NCBI GenBank assembly: GCA_042218425.1
Contig: JBDGRD010000033.1
Span: forward strand, 1-46,866
DNA length: 46,866 nt
Direction: 5' to 3'
Source: Candidatus Nanohaloarchaea archaeon
Lineage (GTDB): Archaea; Nanohalarchaeota; Nanosalinia; Nanosalinales; Nanosalinaceae
Below the pieces are notes generated by a model that saw only the letters and a list, made by a program, of their open reading frames with translations, was not told the DNA's origin and did no database searches. Of the stretch, positions 18,046-26,392 are shown piece by piece (the first letter of the stretch is position 1; each line of letters opens with the position of its first letter). A program made the position numbers and the translations under genes.

Positions 18046-19098
18046 ATGACCTTGAAACAACTTCTCAGGAGGCTGGTCGAGACCCCGGGCGTCTCGGGCA
18101 ACGAGGAAAAAATAAGAGAACTCATAAGAGATGAGGTAGAGGAGCATGCGGACGAGGTAGAGGTCGATGACTTCGGTAACCTCATAGTCCGGAAGGGTTC
18201 AGGCGAAAAAACGCTTATGCTAGACGCTCACATGGACCAGATCGGACTGACCGTCAGGAGGATAGATGACGCGGGCTTCATACGAGTTTCGAAGGTAGGC
18301 GGTATATACCCGGAGAGCCTGATAAACCAGAGGGTAAAGATTCACACAAGCGAAGGCGAAGACCTCACCGGGGTTATAGGAACCAAGCCCGTCCACAGGA
18401 AGGACGAGGAAGAGAAAAAGCAGCTCCCGGATATGCACGACCTGTTCGTCGATATAGGGGCTGAGGACCGTGAAGACGCCGAATCTCTTGGTGTGAATAA
18501 GGGAGACTTCATATCGTACGACCGCGACTTCGCGGAGCTGGAGAACGGTTACGTCACCGGCCCGGCTTTCGACGACAGGGTGGGATGTGCGATAGCTATC
18601 AAGGCCCTGGAAAGGTTCGACTCTGAACTTGACTACGAGCTGGCGGTCGTCTTCTCGGCCCAGGAAGAAGTCGGGAGGAAGGGCGCCCAGACCGCTGCAT
18701 ACGGCGTTGACCCGGATGTCGCTCTCGCACTTGATATCTCCATGGCGGGGGATGTTCCGGCCATGGATGCGGACGACTCCACCGATGAGACCGGCAAGGG
18801 AATCGGTATAGACATGCTACAGGCGGGCGGCAGAGGCCTTATAACGCCCGCCAAGATCCGGGACTGGCTGCTTGAGACCGGCGAGTCCGGCGACCACCGG
18901 TACTTCCGGTCGCTTTATGACGGCGGGACAACCGACGCCTCTGTTATAAACCTGGTCAGGGGCGGGATACCGTCCGGCTCGATAGGCATCCCTACCAGGA
19001 ATATCCATACCCCTGTCGAAGTCGTCAAGATGTCAGACCTTGAAGCCGCGGTAGATTTCCTGGAGCACGCGTTCGAGACGTTTCCCGAGCACTTCTAG
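18046..19098 (+). CDS. M42-family (TET/FrvX-type) aminopeptidase
   Basis: LLRRLVETPGVSGNEEKIRELI, AHMDQIGL, FDDRVGC and SAQEEVG are present. Confidence 0.9.
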   Translation: MTLKQLLRRLVETPGVSGNEEKIRELIRDEVEEHADEVEVDDFGNLIVRKGSGEKTLMLDAHMDQIGLTVRRIDDAGFIRVSKVGGIYPESLINQRVKIHTSEGEDLTGVIGTKPVHRKDEEEKKQLPDMHDLFVDIGAEDREDAESLGVNKGDFISYDRDFAELENGYVTGPAFDDRVGCAIAIKALERFDSELDYELAVVFSAQEEVGRKGAQTAAYGVDPDVALALDISMAGDVPAMDADDSTDETGKGIGIDMLQAGGRGLITPAKIRDWLLETGESGDHRYFRSLYDGGTTDASVINLVRGGIPSGSIGIPTRNIHTPVEVVKMSDLEAAVDFLEHAFETFPEHF

Positions 19099-19436
19099 GA
19101 CGATATCTCTTTAGCTATGATCTCCAGTTCGCCCTCGTAGAGCGATACGTGCCCGGTAACGTTTACTTTTTCCCCGGTTTCGACCTGTTCTGAGGAATCG
19201 AAATCGACCACGAGGATCTCGCCCGTGCTGTCGTTGATGTCTATGAAGGCTGTACTGCCTGACCTGTGGAAGCCGGTTACTTCGCCGTTGATTTTCACGT
19301 TCTTGCCTGTCCAGCTTTTCTTTATGTCGCCAACCGCGACTTCTTCGATGCCGAGGTATAGAGATGAAGCGTACATGACGGTAATGCCGATGACCGCGAG
19401 GAAGATACTGGCCTTGTAGGCTGTTTTCTCCTTCAT
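19095..19436 (-). CDS. membrane-anchored OB-fold (tRNA_anti-like) protein
   Basis: There is an N-terminal TM segment (ASIFLAVIGITVMYASSLYL) followed by an OB-like VKINGEVTGF..FIDINDSTGEILVV..VNVTGHVSLYEGELEI. Its start overlaps the ligT stop (ATGA). Confidence 0.7.
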   Translation of the reverse strand: MKEKTAYKASIFLAVIGITVMYASSLYLGIEEVAVGDIKKSWTGKNVKINGEVTGFHRSGSTAFIDINDSTGEILVVDFDSSEQVETGEKVNVTGHVSLYEGELEIIAKEISS

Positions 19437-19969
19437 AGCTTTTCCTCGTGAAGCATCTGGTACTCCGAACCTTTGCCTGTCAGCCTAGACTCGAAAAGCT
19501 TCACCGAGTCAACTTCCAGCGTCCCGAAGAAGTGATCCTGGAACTCTCTCAGGCTTTTCTGTACCTTCCGCTTCTTCTGGGGTGAAAGATTTTTGACCCG
19601 CATCAGGGTGACGTGAGGAGTGAAATCGTGGTCGTTGCTGGGCTCCACCCCGTGGCGGGAGACCTGGTCGTACAGCTCGTAGATATCTCTTGACTCCATA
19701 CCTGCCCAGACAACCCTTATGTAGTCCCTGTCCGGGAATACGCCCACTCCCTTGATGTCAGCCTTGAAGGGCTCTAACTCGATGCTGCCCATAGCCTTCT
19801 TCAGCCGGTCGATCTCTTCCTGGCCGATATCCTCGAAGAACTCCAGTGTGACGTGCATCTTGCTGCGGTTTACAGGGTTGAAGCCGAGGTCAAGCGCATC
19901 TCGCACCTGCTCCAGCTCTTTCAGGAGCGATTCGTCCTCTATATCCACCGCGGAGAAGACCCGGGCCAT
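19433..19969 (-). CDS. RNA 2',3'-cyclic phosphodiesterase / 2'-5' RNA ligase family (LigT/ThpR, 2H phosphoesterase)
   Basis: Two HxT motifs are present (HVTLEF and HVTLMRV). The internal ATG at 19969 was chosen; the upstream part of the track ORF is not protein-like. Confidence 0.85.
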   Translation of the reverse strand: MARVFSAVDIEDESLLKELEQVRDALDLGFNPVNRSKMHVTLEFFEDIGQEEIDRLKKAMGSIELEPFKADIKGVGVFPDRDYIRVVWAGMESRDIYELYDQVSRHGVEPSNDHDFTPHVTLMRVKNLSPQKKRKVQKSLREFQDHFFGTLEVDSVKLFESRLTGKGSEYQMLHEEKL

Positions 19970-20020
19970 ACAGATTTTTAATGTTCCCTTTCTCATAAAC
20001 TTATTATTGGTGCTGAAAAG

Positions 20021-20281
20021 ATGGCGAGCAAACCACGCGGCCAGGAACTGGTCGGCAAGACTATAGTATCGGAAGAACACGGCAAAAAATTCGGTGAGGT
20101 AGAAGACCTCTCGTTCGTTGCGAACACGGGCGAGCTGATGAACCTCCTGATAACTGACACGACCAAGCATATCGACGAGGTCAAGCTACAGGAGGACAAG
20201 AAAGGCCGCTACATCATCCCGTTCTCAGCTGTGCGTTCAGTAGGGGACTTTGTCATCGTCTCCGAGGACGACATCCTGTAA
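20021..20281 (+). CDS. small PRC-barrel domain protein
   Basis: 86 aa with the pattern LVGKTIVSEEHGKKFGEVEDLSF...GELMNLLI....IIPFSAVRSVGDFVIV. Confidence 0.75.
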   Translation: MASKPRGQELVGKTIVSEEHGKKFGEVEDLSFVANTGELMNLLITDTTKHIDEVKLQEDKKGRYIIPFSAVRSVGDFVIVSEDDIL

Positions 20282-21054
20282 TCAGAAAAGCCCTTCCAGA
20301 GACCGGACAGTTTCTCCTATAGAGGAGTAGTGCTGAGCCGCCACGGTGAGGGCTTTTCCGGTCAGCCTTTCATAGCCTTCCAGCCTCTCCAAGGAGTCTT
20401 CTCTTAACTTCTCAAGGTCAGCATCCACATCCTCTCTGTCTCTTATATCATCACACACCTGTCCAGCGACTGCGACATCGTAGCAGAACGCCATGTTTTC
20501 CGTATCGGGCTCGAAGCTGGTTGTCGCGCTGAGGAGTGTACCGAGTGTTTCGCCGGTCATGCCTGCTACGTTAAGTCGGGTTTCGTAGTCGCCTTCTGTA
20601 TGAGCTCTCTCAAAGACGTCCTGCAAGTCTTTAAGCTGGAATACTAGGTCCCTGATATATTGCTCATCCTGTACGGTGTCGTGCAAAGTTTCCCGGCCCT
20701 GTAAACAGTTAGCTCCTCTTCGTGCTCCACTGGTTCTGGGACTTCGCCTTCTTCTACAGACTCTATGTAGTTGTCCAGCATGCTTTCCCAGTCCTTGACC
20801 TCTGGGAAACCGTTATCTCCATCTACTAGGTCGTCGAGCCTCATAACGCTTATGCCGTAGAGTCCTCCGGACCTGGCGCCTCTATATATTTCAGTGGGGG
20901 AAATATTTCCTGCGGATGCTTCGTAGATAACTCCGGCTATAGCCATTCCCATGTACTGGTGGCCTATATCGCTCTCTGGGCTGGAAAGGTCTCTTTCACC
21001 GGTATATTCAAGGCTTTCCTGGAAGGATGGCAGTTCTCCGTCCACTGTTGCCAT
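20282..21054 (-). pseudogene. polyprenyl (trans-isoprenyl diphosphate) synthase-like gene split into two overlapping ORFs by a frameshift
   Basis: ORF 20644..21054 carries a FARM-like motif (RLDDLVDGD). ORF 20282..20686, which has a TTG start and is in another frame, carries a SARM-like motif (AGQVCDDIRD). The two motifs would be about 127 aa apart if the ORFs were joined, which is typical for this fold. The ORFs overlap by 43 nt. Confidence 0.45.
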
Positions 21055-21091
21055 CTGGTCTACAAAAAGTTATATTACTGGCGAGTGACAA

Positions 21092-22039
21092 TCAGGCGTC
21101 GATTATACCGCGGTCCTTGACCTTGAAGACTGCCTCTCCTTCCGGCATGTAGGGCGAGTCGACAAGCCTGGCTATGCGCTTGTCCTTCTTCGACTTTCTG
21201 AGGTAGATGCGGACCGCCGAGTTGTGCGCAACTATGTGGCCGCCGATGGCCGAGGTCGGGTCGCCGAACATCTGGTCGGGGTTGGCCATGACCTGGTTGG
21301 TGACGACCACCGCGGCGTTGTGGGAGTTCGCGAGCCTCAGTAGAGTGTTCATGTGCCTGTTGAGCTTCTGCTGGCGTCTTGCTAGCTCGCCTCTGCCGAC
21401 GTAGTCGGCACGGAACTGCGCTGTAAGCGAGTCGACCACTATCAGCCCTATATCCTCTCTCTGGCAGATGTCCTGCGCCTCGTCGGCGAGAAGCATCTGG
21501 TGGTCGGAGTTGAAGGCTCTCGCGACGTGGATGTTCTCAAGCACTTCTTCCGCGTTGAGCGAGTCGTGGCGTTCCGCCATCTGCTCTATCCTTTCAGGTA
21601 TGAATGTGTCCTCGGTGTCTATGAATATCGCACCGCGCCCCAGGCCACCGTTTTCCTCGGACAGCTGGACGTTGACCGCGAGCTGGTGTGCTATCTGGGT
21701 CTTGGCGGAGCCGTATTCTCCGTACATCTCTGTTATCGCCTGGGTCTCAACTCCCCCGCCTATTATCTCGTCCATCTGGTCGGAGCCGGTGGTTATCCTC
21801 TTCATGTCTTTCCGGGTCTCGTACTTATCCTTCCCGGTCTCGAACCCGATGTCGAGTTCTTTCCTCGCCGCGGTTATGATGTTCTGGGCCTTGTTCTCTC
21901 CAAGGTCCGCGACCTCTCCCAGGTCGCCGGCGCTCATCGTGGCTATCGACATGAGGTCGTCGTAGCCGGCTTCTTCAAGTTTTTCCGCAGTTTTCTCGCC
22001 TACTCCAGGCAGGTCAACCAGTTCCACGTCTTCGCTCAT
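21092..22039 (-). CDS. radA: RadA recombinase
   Basis: An N-terminal HhH is present ([17 protein letters not shown]). The Walker A region is GEYGSAKTQ and the Walker B is LIVVDS. Overall collinearity with RadA is high. Confidence 0.95.
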   Translation of the reverse strand: MSEDVELVDLPGVGEKTAEKLEEAGYDDLMSIATMSAGDLGEVADLGENKAQNIITAARKELDIGFETGKDKYETRKDMKRITTGSDQMDEIIGGGVETQAITEMYGEYGSAKTQIAHQLAVNVQLSEENGGLGRGAIFIDTEDTFIPERIEQMAERHDSLNAEEVLENIHVARAFNSDHQMLLADEAQDICQREDIGLIVVDSLTAQFRADYVGRGELARRQQKLNRHMNTLLRLANSHNAAVVVTNQVMANPDQMFGDPTSAIGGHIVAHNSAVRIYLRKSKKDKRIARLVDSPYMPEGEAVFKVKDRGIIDA

Positions 22040-22042
22040 TTT

Positions 22043-23044
22043 CTAGGCCTCCATTACGTTCAAGAGCTCCTGTATCTGTTCTCCAGTATCGAGTTCTTCG
22101 ACATCGTTTGCAAGCAGCTCTATCCGTCCGAAGTAATCGTTGTATCTGGATCTTCCTTCGACCACCAGTTCCTTCCCGATGGCTTTCTCGGCTCCTTCCT
22201 CGACTGCCTGTATATCTCCTTCTGTTTCTTCTTCCTCGTCGATGTCCAGGAGTCCGCGCGCTATCTCGCCGAAGAACACCACTCTTATGTTGCCTGTGCC
22301 GTCGTCCAGGACTCCTGAAACTGCCAGCCGGCTTGCCGGGTCTTCGACCTCCTTGCCTTCATCTGTCAGGTATTCGCCGTCGTCGTTCTCTCTCACAGTG
22401 TTGCCGGTCTCCGGGTCCACCCTGTAGAACGGGTTGCTGGTGTAGACATCGACCAGCATTCCCTTTACGCGGTAGTTCGTGTTCTCGGTTCGTATCTCTC
22501 TTATGCTGGCGTCCGTTGTGCCCGTGTCGGGAGACGAGCTCTCGACCTCCGGCACCTCGTCTTCGTCCGCCATCTTGACCTGGGCCTCGTCGCCGAGCCT
22601 GAGCTCTGCGTTGCCCCGGTTGTCTTCTACCGTGTAGGCCCCGGCGACGTGTATGGCATCGTCTTCCTCCACTTTCTCTGCTATCTCTGTCTGCTCGTCC
22701 CAGAGCGTCAGCCGGATAGTCCCGGTGTTGTCCCCGAGCACGACGTTCTGCACTTTACCTTCTTCTCCATCGTCTCTTTCGAATGTGTTGGGGTCAAGTA
22801 TATTGGTGACGCGCGCCTTGAGATTTACCTTCCGCATCCCAGGTACTATGTTCTTTATCTCAAGCTGCTGGTCAGAGTCCTCTGCCACGTTGATACCTGC
22901 TTCCTTGGCGACCAGGTGGAGGGCGCCTTCTTCCGATACAAGTCCCGAGAACTCTTCCATTTTCTCCTCTATAAGCTCCTCTACGTCGTCTTCGTCGAGG
23001 TCGGTTTCGTCGGTTATCTTCTCTATTATCTGTTCAGAATCCAT
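22043..23044 (-). CDS. replication protein A (RPA)-like ssDNA-binding protein, two OB folds, no cysteines
   Basis: OB motifs are present (VNLKARVTNI..VQNVVLGDNTGTIRLTLWDEQ and LAVSGVLDDGTGNIRVVFFGE). It ends 3 nt before the radA start. Confidence 0.85.
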   Translation of the reverse strand: MDSEQIIEKITDETDLDEDDVEELIEEKMEEFSGLVSEEGALHLVAKEAGINVAEDSDQQLEIKNIVPGMRKVNLKARVTNILDPNTFERDDGEEGKVQNVVLGDNTGTIRLTLWDEQTEIAEKVEEDDAIHVAGAYTVEDNRGNAELRLGDEAQVKMADEDEVPEVESSSPDTGTTDASIREIRTENTNYRVKGMLVDVYTSNPFYRVDPETGNTVRENDDGEYLTDEGKEVEDPASRLAVSGVLDDGTGNIRVVFFGEIARGLLDIDEEEETEGDIQAVEEGAEKAIGKELVVEGRSRYNDYFGRIELLANDVEELDTGEQIQELLNVMEA

Positions 23045-23097
23045 GTTTCAAACTTCGAGTGGAAAGCTTAAATCGATGGTGATTTGGGTTAGAAAAC

Positions 23098-23295
23098 CTA
23101 CTTCAGAGCCTTTCTGATGTCCTCGGCCCTGACCGTTTTTCGTTCATCCTCCCGTGCTATCGCTATGGCCTCTTCGGCTACATCTCCCGCGAATCTCTCG
23201 AGGACAGTCCTCAGCTCCTCCGCACTGTCTTCGGAGACTCTTTTATCGCCCTGGTCCTTGACCATCTCTTTCATCTTCGCGATCGAGAATTCCAT
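23098..23295 (-). CDS. archaeal histone-fold protein (divergent, net acidic)
   Basis: 65 aa. The loop motifs GDKRVS and ERKTVRAEDI are retained. The N-terminal helix (FSIAKMKEMV) is atypical. Confidence 0.75.
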   Translation of the reverse strand: MEFSIAKMKEMVKDQGDKRVSEDSAEELRTVLERFAGDVAEEAIAIAREDERKTVRAEDIRKALK

Positions 23296-23415
23296 CCTAT
23301 CACAATACTACTGTTCCCTCATTAATATAAACAATCTGTTCAGAGACGGCTCACAACTTATAAATGTAGCCGATATTTTTAAATAGAGAGAACCAATTCT
23401 TACCCGGGGAGCAAC

Positions 23416-23691
23416 GTGGGGGAACACGATCTGGAGGAGTTCTTCTTGAACACGAAGCCTGTAAAGATACTGGTGAAGCTCCGACAGCAGACATCAGAGA
23501 ACTATGCTTCCGCTCTCTCGACCCAGGTCAACGCGACTTATTCTCACACAGTCAAGGTCCTGCAGAAGATGAAGGAGTACGGGCTGGTCGAGTTCGACAA
23601 GAAAGGCAGGAAGAAGGAGGTAAGTCTCACAGACCGTGGCGCGGAACTTGCTGAAGACTTCCACGAGATACTTCAGAGACTGAAGGACTAG
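23416..23691 (+). CDS. winged-helix transcriptional regulator (ArsR/MarR-like)
   Basis: GTG start. The sequence reads ILVKLRQQTSENYASALSTQVNATYSHTVKVLQKMKEYGLVEFDKKGRKKEVSLTDRG. A TATA-like tttttaaata lies at 23376-23385. Confidence 0.7.
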   Translation: MGEHDLEEFFLNTKPVKILVKLRQQTSENYASALSTQVNATYSHTVKVLQKMKEYGLVEFDKKGRKKEVSLTDRGAELAEDFHEILQRLKD

Positions 23692-23920
23692 CTCTCCCAC
23701 ACACCTGGCCGGGCTCACCGCTCTCGACGGTTCTGGACCACTTTTCTCTGGCCGCGGCCGCAATCTCCACTCACAACAAATAGTTTGTTATTTGCGAACA
23801 TCCCTATTATTTTAAATAGGACTGTGGTTATCAGTCGGTGAGTATCTCTCTAATGAGTGTTGGCTGAGGATGAACAACCTGCTGTAAAGTTTCTTATTCG
23901 GGCGTTTACACACCTTCTCC

Positions 23921-24139
23921 ATGAGGATTTCCAAGATCCAGGACGACGGCAACCGCTTCATAGTCCACGGAGACAAGGGTCTTTACGGGCGCCTGGAAGA
24001 GGTCTTTGACCAGATGGGGCTGGGTATCTCTGTCACACCGTCTGATGATGCGGAGGCCAATATACTTTACACTGAGAACAATCGCGATATCGTACTCCGG
24101 GTGCTCCACGACCACACCGAGCAAACTGGAACCGAGTAG
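23921..24139 (+). CDS. small hypothetical protein (72 aa)
   Basis: Its acidic composition is consistent with the local proteome. No motif was recognised. Confidence 0.4.
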   Translation: MRISKIQDDGNRFIVHGDKGLYGRLEEVFDQMGLGISVTPSDDAEANILYTENNRDIVLRVLHDHTEQTGTE

Positions 24140-24425
24140 TGGGTGTGTATATGCTTTGCACACTCATGGGTTCTCCTGGTTTTCCAGACCTGATTCTGGG
24201 AGAGGCTCTGGCACAAAGGTCCTTTATCCGAACACGGGGAAAATGTGTTTCTCGGCATATCTTTGACGCTTGGGCAAGGGTATGCGAGATAGATTTGGCA
24301 TATAATAAAGAAGGTATGTTTTCGCAGCCTCCTGGACGGCTCACTCGTTCACCCGCTCCTGTTATACCTTCTTTGTTTGGTGGCTTTCCTGGCTGCGACG
24401 AGTGTTCTTTGTCTTTGAACACTCT

Positions 24426-24944
24426 TCAGGTCCTTGGCTCGTCGAGATCGTAACCTGCTAGCTCGTTCCTCCCTGTTATGTTCTCGAGCCTGGAGATCAT
24501 CCCTTCTTCATCGTGCGTCAGTTCGTCTTCCGCGTCGTCCAATTTCTCTTCTATCTCTGACAGTCTTGTCATCTTCTCTCTTCCGCTTTCCATCTTTCCC
24601 TGGAGGTCCTGTATAGCTAGTTTTGCGGTGTTGATGTCGTGCTGCATGACTTCAAGCTCTTCCTGGATCTCCTTTGCCAGCTCTCTTTCCTGCTCGCTCA
24701 GTTCCCGGCTCTGGACTTTTTGCTCGAGGTTCTCCACCATGAGCTCTTTTTTCTCCAGGTCTTCTATCTCGTTCATAAGCTTGTGGAAGAGGTTCTCCAG
24801 CTTTTCTGTCTCCTTGAGTTCCTCGGAAACCAGGTCCTCGTACTCGTGGAGACCCTCTACCATCTCGTGTGTGCCGGTTTCAAGTTCGGAGAGATCGCTT
24901 CTCAGTTTGTTGAATACACTAGTGTCAAGTCGTGATGTTGCCAT
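24426..24944 (-). CDS. coiled-coil protein, unknown function
   Basis: 172 aa, Glu/Leu/Lys-rich with heptad-like periodicity throughout. Confidence 0.65.
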   Translation of the reverse strand: MATSRLDTSVFNKLRSDLSELETGTHEMVEGLHEYEDLVSEELKETEKLENLFHKLMNEIEDLEKKELMVENLEQKVQSRELSEQERELAKEIQEELEVMQHDINTAKLAIQDLQGKMESGREKMTRLSEIEEKLDDAEDELTHDEEGMISRLENITGRNELAGYDLDEPRT

Positions 24945-25158
24945 GTGCCTTATTGAGGCTTCTTTGTTGAAAAAAGTGCGCTTCCAGCAGGTTGTTCGTT
25001 GCGTTTAAACACTCCTTCTCTGTCTGTGTTACTTTACGATAACTGCAGTTTACTTTTAAATGAGTAGTATGTTCGTTGTTTTCCAACACATGATTATGTG
25101 TGGTTGTTCGTTTTCCGCGAACTCCATTTTTGCGTTCAAGAGGCTCTAAGAGAGGGTT

Positions 25159-25536
25159 TCAGGCCGGTCGTCCGAGTATCTCGACCTCGTATCCTTCAGG
25201 GTCCTTCACGAATGCGTAGTTTCCTGGGCATTCTTCGGGTGGGCGGTAGTCTTCTCCTCCGGCCTCCACCGCTCTCTCGTAGGCTTCCTGGAGTGACTGG
25301 TCTTCGTCCGTGTGTATGGCGATGTGTCCGAACCCTTCGCCCTTCTCGTACCTGTCGTCCTTTCCGTGGTTGTACGTGAGCTCTATCTCGGCGGTCTGGT
25401 CCTCTGATTGGAGGAAGTAGAGTGTGAAGGTATCCATCTCCTTCTTCTCCCTGAGTTCGAAGCCGAAGGCGTCTCTGTAGAAGTCTATGGTTTTTTGAGG
25501 GTCGCTGACGCGGAGCATGGTGTGCGCGAGTTTCAT
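25159..25536 (-). CDS. glyoxalase I / VOC-family protein
   Basis: MKLAHTMLRVSDPQKTIDFYRDAFGFEL..., GFGHIAI and FVKDPEGYEVEI are present. The internal ATG at 25536 was chosen. Confidence 0.85.
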   Translation of the reverse strand: MKLAHTMLRVSDPQKTIDFYRDAFGFELREKKEMDTFTLYFLQSEDQTAEIELTYNHGKDDRYEKGEGFGHIAIHTDEDQSLQEAYERAVEAGGEDYRPPEECPGNYAFVKDPEGYEVEILGRPA

Positions 25537-25589
25537 GTTAGACAGTTGTGGTCGAAGACTTGTTAATTTTTCATCGCGGGGTCGGGCAC

Positions 25590-25597
25590 TATAAAAA
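25590..25597 (+). promoter_or_regulatory. TATA box (tataaaaa) 23 nt upstream of ATG 25620
   Basis: The octamer is close to the TATA consensus and the spacing suggests a leaderless mRNA. Confidence 0.5.
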
Positions 25598-25619
25598 ACT
25601 GGCAAGAGTTATCCGTTCC

Positions 25620-26351
25620 ATGGTGCTGGAGACTGTAGTGGTGAGCCTGGTACTGACATCGGTTTTTTCCGCCCTTGGAGCTTTCTTCCTGTTTGTTTCC
25701 CGCCAGGACTTCGAGCGCCTTACGCCTTACCTGATATCTCTCGCCGCCGGCACCATCTTCGGGGGCGTCTTCATCCACCTGGTGTTCCGGCTCGCAGCTT
25801 CGGGTTATACGCGCTTTACCGGCCTCGTGGTTATGGTGGGGCTGGTCGGCTCTTTCCTGCTGGAGAGGGCGGTCCACTGGCACTGCCACCACACAGAGGG
25901 CCATGAGGAACCACTTCCATATGTCCTGGCCGCGGGTGACGCGGTCCACAACGTGCTTGACGGCTTGCTTATCGCGACCAGTTTCCTGGCCTCGGCGTCT
26001 ACAGGATGGGCTGTGACGGTCGCGGTGGTCGCCCACAAGATACCGAAAGAGCTGGGCGACTTCGGGATCATGGTAAACGGCGGGTTCTCCAGGACGAAGG
26101 CGCTCGGCTTCAATATCGGTGTGAGCGTTTTCATGTTCGCCGGTGCGGCTGTCGTGCTCGGTCTCTCGCAGCTGTCTTCGTCGACTGTAGGGTTGCTTCT
26201 GCCGCTTGTCATCGGCAACTTCGTCTACATCGCTGGTTCCGACCTGCTTCCCGAGTTCAAGTCGCGGGACAACTGGTACCTGCACCTGGGGATGTTCCTT
26301 GTCGGTGTCGGCGTGATGTACGCCATACCGTATCTCAAGGCGCTGGTGTAA
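25620..26351 (+). CDS. ZIP-family divalent metal transporter (ZupT-like)
   Basis: A His-rich loop (HWHCHHTEGHEE) and AHKIPKELGDFGIM are present, along with multiple TM segments. Confidence 0.85.
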   Translation: MVLETVVVSLVLTSVFSALGAFFLFVSRQDFERLTPYLISLAAGTIFGGVFIHLVFRLAASGYTRFTGLVVMVGLVGSFLLERAVHWHCHHTEGHEEPLPYVLAAGDAVHNVLDGLLIATSFLASASTGWAVTVAVVAHKIPKELGDFGIMVNGGFSRTKALGFNIGVSVFMFAGAAVVLGLSQLSSSTVGLLLPLVIGNFVYIAGSDLLPEFKSRDNWYLHLGMFLVGVGVMYAIPYLKALV

Positions 26352-26392
26352 AAGGTCGAATCTTAATATACGTCCTTTGTTAAGAACGGTTT

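Noticed and set aside
19095-19098. Convergent genes (M42 peptidase and the OB-fold protein) share the palindrome CTAG as overlapping stop codons. Similar convergent end overlaps occur at 17604-17609 and 34683-34690.
   Set aside because: The observation is real, but it is best explained by general genome compaction. There is no evidence for a specific regulatory function.
20686-20700. Programmed -1 ribosomal frameshift at the GGGAAAC heptamer in the split polyprenyl-synthase-like gene.
   Set aside because: A -1 shift is the required direction, but the heptamer is out of phase with the upstream reading frame. The codons read GCC-GGG-AAA-CTT, not X-XXY-YYZ. No obvious downstream stimulatory structure was seen. 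An indel or pseudogenisation is more parsimonious.
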